Source: an uncultured Acetatifactor sp.
Lineage (GTDB): Bacteria; Bacillota; Clostridia; Lachnospirales; Lachnospiraceae
DNA: 64,000 nucleotides
Assembly: GCA_910586435.1 (NCBI GenBank)
Contig: CAJUGT010000003.1
Coordinates: 1,782 to 65,781 of the forward strand
Direction of reading: 5' to 3'
Shown here: positions 17,878-25,438 of the stretch, piece by piece
Layout of the letters: each line of letters opens with the position of its first letter
How positions within the stretch are numbered: position 1 is the first letter of the stretch
The notes under the pieces: model-generated
Seen by the model: only the letters and a program-made list of their open reading frames with translations
Database searches by the model: none
Told to the model about the DNA's origin: nothing
Program-made: the position numbers and the translations under genes

Positions 17878-18022
17878 ATGATTAAATCACACCTTTCACA
17901 ACTTGTCTCTTCCTTACAAGTTTCACATTTTAGCACAAAATATTCCATTTTTAAAGCGTTTCTTTAAAAAAAAGTGTACAAAAAAGACAGCATTCCGCTG
18001 TCTTTTTATCAAACTTTTTCTC

Positions 18023-18508
18023 CTATATAATTTCTACTCTCTCAAAATATTTCATTAATATATCAGCGCAGTTTTCAATTCCCAGCCTGGAAGTATCCAA
18101 TATCATATGGTAATTATTCACATCCCCCCAAACCTTTCCTGTGTTCTGATAATAATATTCCGAACGTGCCTTATCGTTTTTCTCCAACAGGGCTTTTGCC
18201 TCTTCATAGGATAGTTTTTCTTTCTTCATAATCCTTTGAATGCGATCTTCCTTGTCGGCACAGACATAGATATGAAATACATTGGTCTGATCCTTCAGAA
18301 TCTCAGAAGCACATCGTCCCAAAATAATACAGGAATTTGCTGCCAGGTTCCTGATGACTTCCGCCTCATCCACATAACTGTCTCCTTCCAGCTCATGTTC
18401 AATATAAGCTCTGTCATACACCGGTATTTCAAGCTTTTGGGACAATTCTCCCGCTATCATACTTGCACCGGTTCCAAACCTACGGCTCATTGTAATCACC
18501 AGATTCAT
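18023..18508 (-). CDS. cytidylate kinase-like family protein
   Basis: N-terminus MNLVITMSRRFGTGASMIAGELSQKLEIPVYDR is typical of the Cytidylate_kin2 family. GGGAGG RBS. Confidence 0.7.
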   Translation of the reverse strand: MNLVITMSRRFGTGASMIAGELSQKLEIPVYDRAYIEHELEGDSYVDEAEVIRNLAANSCIILGRCASEILKDQTNVFHIYVCADKEDRIQRIMKKEKLSYEEAKALLEKNDKARSEYYYQNTGKVWGDVNNYHMILDTSRLGIENCADILMKYFERVEII

Positions 18509-18587
18509 AATTCATCCTCCCGTACCGATAAGGATTTCATGCTTTGACAATTTCCATCAAATTGCCCTGCCAATACCCCTTATCTTT

Positions 18588-18841
18588 CCATGGCCATTCG
18601 GCCGGTTCCTGCCTTCCATAATTTCGTGTGTTTCAACACACTTGGAATCAGAAGTTGACATAACGTCTTTTGTGTCAACATTGTACCATGATTTCCGCAA
18701 TGCTTCGGGCAGAGACCCGAAAAACCTTCTGTTTTTCGGGTTCGCTTCGCTTGCCAAATGTCCAAAGAAGCATCTGCTCAAACAAGTTTGGCAGTTGCTT
18801 CTTTGGACGCTTGGCTCTGCCCTTTGCGGACATTGTACCAT
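18588..18841 (-). repeat. composite B + A + C modules of the structured repeat family (minus orientation)
   Basis: The reverse complement of 18690-18841 aligns almost base-for-base with 58078-58233. 18616-18689 is an A unit. 18588-18613 resembles 2484-2510. Confidence 0.9.
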
Positions 18842-18969
18842 AGTTTTACCCTTGTTACAAGTCTGTGAAAACGGTAAATGCAGGCAAAGAAATTTCCCGT
18901 ACCCCGAATCACCTTGCGGCGGCACCGAGTGAACAGTAATTTTTTGTTACGTTCACTTAGCATGACAAA

Positions 18970-19533
18970 TCATATTTGAAATAAACTGCCCACCGCCAAT
19001 TTTACCACACCACAGCAGACCATTACCAGAATCGGATTTTTCTTCCAGATACGAAGCACCAGAAAAGCAGCCAGAAATATGCCGCACTCCAGCCAGTGTA
19101 TATTGGCAAAACTTACTTCCGCCCCATCAAAGGCCACAAGTTTTAAAATGGACAGACCTGCTGCCGCAATCAAGGCCACAACCGCAGGCCGAAGACTTCC
19201 CAATACGCTTTGCAGCGCAGACATTTGCTTATAACGATAGTAAATAAAAAATAACAGGGACACTATCAGACAGGAAGGCAGGATACAGCCAATGGTGGCT
19301 ATCACCGCCCCAGGAATTCCGGCGATGCGAATGCCCACGAAAGTTGCAGAGTTTACCGCAATGGGTCCGGGAGTCATTTCCGCAATGGTTATCAAATCGG
19401 TAAACTCACTCATGGTAAGCCAACCATGTTTTGTTACCACCTGTGCCTGTATCAGGGGCATGGCTGCATACCCTCCGCCAATGCTGAACATCCCCACCTG
19501 AATAAAACTTAACAATAACTCTAAATAAATCAT
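18970..19533 (-). CDS. chromate transporter (CHR family, short half-size protein)
   Basis: FSIGGGYAAMPLIQ...EMTPGPIAVNSATFVG motifs. Confidence 0.8.
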   Translation of the reverse strand: MIYLELLLSFIQVGMFSIGGGYAAMPLIQAQVVTKHGWLTMSEFTDLITIAEMTPGPIAVNSATFVGIRIAGIPGAVIATIGCILPSCLIVSLLFFIYYRYKQMSALQSVLGSLRPAVVALIAAAGLSILKLVAFDGAEVSFANIHWLECGIFLAAFLVLRIWKKNPILVMVCCGVVKLAVGSLFQI

Positions 19534-19659
19534 CTTAACCTCCCATCTATTTCAGTTCCGCAGTGTATCCCGGCACACTTTGCCCTGCCAAACCCTATTT
19601 GAACAGATTTTATTCAATCCACGTCAGATTAATCTACTGTCACATACCTTCTCCGTATC

Positions 19660-20250
19660 TCATGATTTCTTTTTCCGTTTCCACACTTCCATACAGATAC
19701 CTGCCAATGCCGCCGCAAGAATAATGTATATCACATTCACTTCCCATACAAAGGTTGCCAGAAACGCTGTAATCATCACAATTAAATGTATTATATTACG
19801 GTTTTTCAAAACTCCCGACCCAAGACCGCATACCACATCCAGAATCACGGCAGCCACGCCTGCCTGCATTCCTTTCAGCAACAGAGCAATATATGTATTG
19901 GTTGCAAAAGCGGCATAAAAAAAGGAAATTACAGATAACAACACCATGGGTGGAATAATAGTTCCAATCACCGCAATTAACATGCCTGGAAAACCACCCA
20001 TTCTCCACCCCACCAATATGGCCGCATTCACGGCAATTGCCCCCGGAGAAGACTGGGCCAATGCGGCCAAATCCAGCATTTCATCTTCCTCAATCCAATG
20101 ATACTCATCTACAAATTTCTTCTTCATAAAGGTAATGATTACAAAACCTCCCCCAAAAGTAAACGCGCTGATATACAAAGTACTGAAAAATAATTGAAGT
20201 AATATTTTCTTCTTATTCTCTTCCATCTCTATCTTCTCCTGCTCTGCCAT
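19660..20250 (-). CDS. chromate transporter (CHR family, partner half)
   Basis: FTFGGGFVIITFM...QSSPGAIAVNAAILVG. Paired with 18970..19533, as is usual for split ChrA. Confidence 0.8.
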   Translation of the reverse strand: MAEQEKIEMEENKKKILLQLFFSTLYISAFTFGGGFVIITFMKKKFVDEYHWIEEDEMLDLAALAQSSPGAIAVNAAILVGWRMGGFPGMLIAVIGTIIPPMVLLSVISFFYAAFATNTYIALLLKGMQAGVAAVILDVVCGLGSGVLKNRNIIHLIVMITAFLATFVWEVNVIYIILAAALAGICMEVWKRKKKS

Positions 20251-20327
20251 TCTTTTATGATACCATCTGACTGTAATTCAAACTGTTATTTCTACCCTTT
20301 TCACTCTGAGGCCCTTCCACCCAATAT

Positions 20328-20550
20328 ATTTTACCATGATTTCGTGCGCTTTAGCGCACTTGGAATCAGAAGTTGACACAATGCCCTTCTGTGTCAACAT
20401 TTTACCATAATTTTGTGTGCTTCAGCACACATGGAATCAGAAGTTGACACAATGCCCTTCTGTGTCAACATTTTACCATAATTTTGTGTGCTTCAGCACA
20501 CATGGAATCAGAAGTTGACACAATGCCCTTCTGTGTCAACATTTTACCCT
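20328..20550 (-). repeat. 3 x 71-bp 'A' units (minus orientation) upstream of the chromate transporter genes
   Basis: TACC junctions at 20332, 20403, 20474 and 20545 (period 71). Units 2 and 3 are identical. Confidence 0.9.
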
Positions 20551-20875
20551 GTTGGCGGAACCATGCTCTATCAAACTTTCCTGTCATAATCTCTCCCTGA
20601 ACCATTCCAAATAATATTTCTCTAAGTATACTGCGTATTACCCGCTCTGTCAATTTTCACTGGATTGTATCTCTTAGATAAGGAACTTTCTTTGCTCATT
20701 TTACCTCGACACCTAAGCCCCACCTGTCCGGCAGCCAGCCGGATAAGGAATACAGTGCGGCTTTCTATCTTAATTGTTCCATGGACAAAACCGAAACATA
20801 ATAGTATAATGAAATTATTCAAAATTCTGGTTTATGAGGATACACAGCTTAACAAAGCGTGTCGAAAGGAGTATT

Positions 20876-21295
20876 ATGAAAGATTCAAACTGCGGATATT
20901 GTATGAGGGGAGAACTGCTGGACAAATTTGGAATATTTATCTGTGAACTGAAGGTCAGCAGCCTGATTTTATTCAAGGAACAAAGCAAACCGGGCAGGTG
21001 CATCGTGGCCTACAAAGATCATGTCAGCGAGATTGTGGACATAAGTGATGAAGAGAGGGACGCTTTTATGGCGGATGTGGCTCATGCCGCCCGGGCCATT
21101 CACGCAGCCTTCCATCCCCATAAGCTCAACTATGGCGCATATGGCGACACCGGCTGTCATCTGCATATGCACCTGGTACCAAAATACAAGGATGGAGATG
21201 AGTGGGGCGGCACTTTCCAAATGAATCCTGACAAGACCTACCTCTCAGAAGCAGAATATAAAGAAATGATTGAGAAAATCAAGGCAAATCTGTAA
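20876..21295 (+). CDS. HIT-family (histidine triad) protein
   Basis: Histidine triad GCHLHMHLVPKY. AAGGAG RBS before the ATG at 20876. Confidence 0.85.
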   Translation: MKDSNCGYCMRGELLDKFGIFICELKVSSLILFKEQSKPGRCIVAYKDHVSEIVDISDEERDAFMADVAHAARAIHAAFHPHKLNYGAYGDTGCHLHMHLVPKYKDGDEWGGTFQMNPDKTYLSEAEYKEMIEKIKANL

Positions 21296-21388
21296 GATTA
21301 ATGAATAATACACTAAAAAGGAACCTCTTTACATTGTCAAAGAGGTTCCCTTACTATAAAACTGTAAAAAACCTCAAATTGCACTCTG

Positions 21389-21449
21389 GAGCATGTTTGA
21401 AAATTGCTTTCTGACAGCTGTGCTTACAAAGCAATTTTCAAACATGCTC
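21389..21449. repeat. perfect 22-bp-stem hairpin downstream of the HIT gene
   Basis: GAGCATGTTTGAAAATTGCTTT-N17-AAAGCAATTTTCAAACATGCTC. No T-run follows, so it is not a classic terminator. Confidence 0.7.
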
Positions 21450-21455
21450 TAGTAC

Positions 21456-21607
21456 TCCATCCGGTCAGTAATCGTACTTTCAGTACCGCCTATTTTGCCA
21501 TCTACTGCGTTGTCGTCAGCAGGCGTGTCCACCGCATCGTCTCCTTCCTCCGCCTTGCAGACTGCCAAAATATTTGGCACTGGCAGTGCAGTTACTGACC
21601 GGATGGA
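21456..21607. repeat. ~150-bp element bounded by ~22-bp terminal inverted repeats (MITE-like)
   Basis: AGTACTCCATCCGGTCAGTAAT ... GTTACTGACCGGATGGAGCACT. The same termini form the hairpin at 1102-1149. Confidence 0.65.
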
Positions 21608-21695
21608 GCACTAGGCACTGGAAAGGGTTTCTTGCTCTCTTGCGCAAAACCCCGAGACAGCAATGCGCCAAACCCAATAGAAAGGAACCCGCCTT

Positions 21696-22370
21696 ATGAG
21701 AGATATGCCTCTAAAAATATTTCTGAGTGACACTGAATTCAATAAAATGAATCATTCCTTCAGCGGAACTGTTCCTTTTCTTTACCTAAGTGATGACAAA
21801 CCTATAAAAAGATTTGATTTTATTATTTTTGCAGACACGAACGGAAGAGAACGGTTAATGCATATATTAGACAAAGAACAGAATAAAATTCATTACACAA
21901 GTTATCTTGATTTTCATGACTCCGGTTATCTTCCGCTCATTGTGGTATTGACACATTTAGCGGAAAGTATCACTTATATACGATCCGAAACAAGCGGCGT
22001 AACCCGTTATCCTTCCACTAACTTACCAATACAGACAATATACTGCAAAATTCATATCATTGAATTATGTGTGAATCTGTTGGAAGGGAAGGTCTCTGGG
22101 ACAAAATTTACAGAACAATTGAGAAATCTGGCTGCCCATGACGACTCCTATTTCTTTGAATCTTCAGAAGCGATTCTAAGACAATACCCCTGGACATACC
22201 AACAGCCGGATTCCAACAAAATATTGACAGAAAAAATCAGCCGCACGTTGACACATATCACTGAATGTCTGAAAAATGGAAATATACAAACCATTTGGAA
22301 CCTTATATATGCTGTTCATAATTTCCCCTTTTTTCTCTATCGCAATTTTGTCCGGATGCAGCCTTCTTGA
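21696..22370 (+). CDS. hypothetical protein (224 aa)
   Basis: Intact ORF with no recognisable motif and a weak RBS. Confidence 0.45.
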   Translation: MRDMPLKIFLSDTEFNKMNHSFSGTVPFLYLSDDKPIKRFDFIIFADTNGRERLMHILDKEQNKIHYTSYLDFHDSGYLPLIVVLTHLAESITYIRSETSGVTRYPSTNLPIQTIYCKIHIIELCVNLLEGKVSGTKFTEQLRNLAAHDDSYFFESSEAILRQYPWTYQQPDSNKILTEKISRTLTHITECLKNGNIQTIWNLIYAVHNFPFFLYRNFVRMQPS

Positions 22371-22533
22371 ACCATAACAGGCCCTCCTCTTTCTCCCTTA
22401 TGGTTGTCTCAGAAAAAACTAAGAAAAAATTTAAAAATTTATACGAAATAAGTTGTTGCGGACTAAGGATTCCTGTGGGATAATAGAAGATATGATAAAA
22501 GAAAAATTCAACAATTAAAAAGAGGTTATAATA

Positions 22534-23979
22534 ATGGGCAACAATCAAAATTGGACCAATACGGGCGAACAGATTAAGAACGCCCTGGCGGACGCTCTGA
22601 ATACCGGGGATTTTAAGAACTTAAATAATGTGGTAGCCCAAAGCGTAACCACCGCCCTGAACGAAGCGGGAATAAATATGAACAATCCCATAGGAGGAAG
22701 CAGGAGCCATTCTCAAAGCTCTTCCCAAAGCTTCGGAGGATTTACTCAAAACAGTTCCCAAAGCTTCTCTTCCAGTGGAAACGGCATCCAGGCAGGTATA
22801 AACGGCGTCCAGGCGGGCATCCAGACATGGCAGCAAAGAGCTTTGGAGCGGGCCCATAAAAAACAGGACAGATTAAACCATATTGAAGCTGCGAGGTCCG
22901 GCAATACTGCCATACAGCAAAACAATGCTTCCGTTCAGAACGGACTCATAAACACCACTCAGAATAACATAGTAGCATCCCCCGGGGTAAAAATGCGAAG
23001 AGTCGGACAGGTATCCAACATACTTTACCAGGTATTCGGCGGCATTGGTCTGGGGATTACCGGCTTTATCACATTTATCCGGCTGTTCCTTTTCCTTGAC
23101 GGTGATACTACTGTCGGAGGCTGGATTATAAACTTTGCTTTCCTGGCCTTATTTTATGGCATGATAAAATTGGGACTGGGACAGAAGCATCGTCTGAAAC
23201 GCGCGCTGCGCTATGTCCAGCTTTGCGGCCGTAAAATGTATGAAGACATTGAAACTTTGGCAAAATCCGTGGGTAAAAATACCCGTTATGTGGGAAAAGA
23301 CCTGGCCAAAATGCTGGAACTTGGCTTCTTTCCTGAAGGACACATAGATGAGAAAAATACCTGCCTGATGCTGAATGACAATATTTACAGACAATATCTG
23401 GAAGCGGAGAACAATACCAAACGCATCGGAATGGAAAGCGTCCAGGAAAATACTGATGAATCACAGTCCATGGAAGAAGTTCTGAACGAACAGGCTTCTG
23501 AACTGGACGCTATCATTGCGGAAGGGATGGAATACATTCGCAAGCTGAGAAACTTAAATGACAGAATATCCGGGGAAACCATTTCCGCAAAATTATTCCG
23601 CCTGGAAAACCTGCTGAAAGAACTTTTTGACAGCCTCAAGGAACATCCCGAACAGATGTATCGAATGCATAAACTCATGGATTATTACCTTCCCACCACT
23701 TTAAAATTGGTGGAAACTTATGAAAATTTCGACCGCATCAGTTCCCCCGGTGAAGAAATTGTCAAGGCAAAAAGGGAAATAGAGAATACTCTGGATACCA
23801 TCAATCAGGCATTTACGGAACTTTTGAATAATCTGTTCCAGGATACCGTCTTTGACGTCACCACAGATGCTCAGGTTTTAAAGACCATGTTGGCCAGAGA
23901 AGGGCTGACACGAGAAATGGAACTGGTACCCAATGAGAGGGAACAGCAGGACTTTGTTCCTCCCCGGTACATGAACTAG
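22534..23979 (+). CDS. XpaC-like (5-bromo-4-chloroindolyl phosphate hydrolysis family) membrane protein with a Q/S/N-rich N-terminal extension
   Basis: Two TM segments (GGIGLGITGFITFIRLFLFL, WIINFAFLALFYGMI). The C-terminal helical region HKLMDYYLPTTLKLVETYENFD is typical of XpaC. It lies immediately upstream of telA, as in B. subtilis xpaC-yaaN. Confidence 0.6.
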   Translation: MGNNQNWTNTGEQIKNALADALNTGDFKNLNNVVAQSVTTALNEAGINMNNPIGGSRSHSQSSSQSFGGFTQNSSQSFSSSGNGIQAGINGVQAGIQTWQQRALERAHKKQDRLNHIEAARSGNTAIQQNNASVQNGLINTTQNNIVASPGVKMRRVGQVSNILYQVFGGIGLGITGFITFIRLFLFLDGDTTVGGWIINFAFLALFYGMIKLGLGQKHRLKRALRYVQLCGRKMYEDIETLAKSVGKNTRYVGKDLAKMLELGFFPEGHIDEKNTCLMLNDNIYRQYLEAENNTKRIGMESVQENTDESQSMEEVLNEQASELDAIIAEGMEYIRKLRNLNDRISGETISAKLFRLENLLKELFDSLKEHPEQMYRMHKLMDYYLPTTLKLVETYENFDRISSPGEEIVKAKREIENTLDTINQAFTELLNNLFQDTVFDVTTDAQVLKTMLAREGLTREMELVPNEREQQDFVPPRYMN

Positions 23980-24066
23980 ATAAAACTGTTTGTAATGCGT
24001 CATATTACTTTTGACCTGACCAATGATACGCCTGTATAGGAACTATAAACATAAAATCAACATAGT

Positions 24067-25242
24067 ATGGAGGAAGAAATGGACAGCAATTTAGATGAAA
24101 TGTTAAAGCAAGCCCCCACCCTTACCCTGAACCCTTTTACTCAGGAGGAAAATTCCATGGGCACCACCCAAAACGCACCTGCCCCTGAGGAACCGAAAGC
24201 CCCTGAAATCACCCTAACCCCTGCGGAGCAGAAAATGGTAGATGATTTCGCTGCGCAGATAGACCTGAACAATACTCAGATGGTAATGCAGTATGGTGCG
24301 GGCAGTCAGAAGAAAATTGCCGATTTCTCCGAAAACGCTTTAAGCAATGTGCGTACCAAAGACATGGGTGAAATCGGCCAGATGCTCACCAGCGTGGTGT
24401 CGGAACTGAAGGATTTCAACGAGGAAGAAGAAAAAGGCTTCCTGGGATTCTTCAAAAAAACTGGCAACAGGCTTGACAGCCTGAAAATCAAGTATGACAA
24501 AGCGGAATCCAATGTGAACAGAATTTGCAAGGTAATGGAAAATCACCAGATTACGCTGTTAAAAGATGCCGCCATGCTGGACAAAATGTATGAACTGAAC
24601 CTGAATTATTTCAAAGAATTATCCATGTACATTCTTGCAGGAAAGAAGAAATTGGAACATGCCAGAACTGTGGAACTTCCGGAGCTTCTTGCCAAGGCAG
24701 AAAAAAGCGGATTACCGGAAGACACACAGGCGGCCAATGATTTTGCTTCCATGTGTGAGCGTTTCGAGAAAAAAATATATGATCTGGAGCTGACCCGGAC
24801 TATTTCCATGCAGATGGCGCCCCAGATTCGTCTCATTCAGAGCAATGATACCGCCATGTCAGACAAAATACAATCCACTCTGGTGAATACCATTCCCCTT
24901 TGGAAGAGCCAGATGGTGATTGCCATTGGATTAAGCCATTCCAGCGAAGCGGCAAAGGCGCAGAAAGAAGTCACGGACATGACCAATGCGCTTTTGAGAA
25001 AGAATGCCGAGACTCTGAAGATAGCCACCATTGAGACCGCCAGAGAGAGCGAGAGAGGCATTGTGGACATTGAAACTCTCACCGCCACCAATAAGACCTT
25101 AATCAGTACTCTGGATGAAGTGCTTAAGATTCAGGAAGACGGACGTGCCAAGAGAAAGAGCGCCGAAGCGGAGCTTGTTCGTATCGAAGATGAAATGAGG
25201 CAGAAGCTCCTGACTATGAGCCGCTCCTCCGGCAAGATGTAA
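24067..25242 (+). CDS. telA: TelA/YaaN-family toxic anion resistance protein
   Basis: Length, all-helical composition, and typical segments LDKMYELNLNYFKELSMYILAGKKKLE and QIRLIQSNDTAM. Confidence 0.8.
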   Translation: MEEEMDSNLDEMLKQAPTLTLNPFTQEENSMGTTQNAPAPEEPKAPEITLTPAEQKMVDDFAAQIDLNNTQMVMQYGAGSQKKIADFSENALSNVRTKDMGEIGQMLTSVVSELKDFNEEEEKGFLGFFKKTGNRLDSLKIKYDKAESNVNRICKVMENHQITLLKDAAMLDKMYELNLNYFKELSMYILAGKKKLEHARTVELPELLAKAEKSGLPEDTQAANDFASMCERFEKKIYDLELTRTISMQMAPQIRLIQSNDTAMSDKIQSTLVNTIPLWKSQMVIAIGLSHSSEAAKAQKEVTDMTNALLRKNAETLKIATIETARESERGIVDIETLTATNKTLISTLDEVLKIQEDGRAKRKSAEAELVRIEDEMRQKLLTMSRSSGKM

Positions 25243-25246
25243 AAAT

Positions 25247-25429
25247 ATACCCCATTGCGTTCCTTTATAAGTAATCCCTTCAAGATAGACGGTTGCACTT
25301 GCCCATATCGAAAAACAGGCAAGCAGAGCAGATTATCAACATGGATAGCTGCATTTGCCTATATCGTGTATAGGCAAGCAAAGCAGATTATCAACATGGC
25401 TGATTACACAAAAAAACGCAATGGGGTAT
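25247..25429. repeat. nested structured spacer: 15-bp outer inverted repeat enclosing two ~51-nt direct repeats
   Basis: ATACCCCATTGCGTT (25247-25261) pairs with AACGCAATGGGGTAT (25415-25429). The direct repeats are at 25293-25344 and 25349-25399, and each contains a hairpin plus CAGATTATCAACATGG. Confidence 0.75.
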
Positions 25430-25438
25430 TTTATCATC

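Noticed and set aside
18557-18963. ORFs 18557..18925(-), 18642..18932(+), 18580..18765(-) and 18778..18963(-) as protein genes
   Set aside because: They are translations of the B/A repeat modules; the same DNA recurs at 58.1 kb in an intergenic spacer. They have no RBS, they overlap each other on both strands, and their composition is implausible.
21404-21598. 64-aa ORF inside the inverted-repeat element
   Set aside because: It spans the hairpin and the TIR element, has no RBS, and its start lies within a perfect 22-bp stem.
25333-25396. TTATCAACA motifs as genuine DnaA boxes 26 kb from oriC
   Set aside because: They are only 8/9 matches and are embedded in a duplicated 22-mer, so the two occurrences are not independent. 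This is noted under the spacer finding rather than called as a feature.
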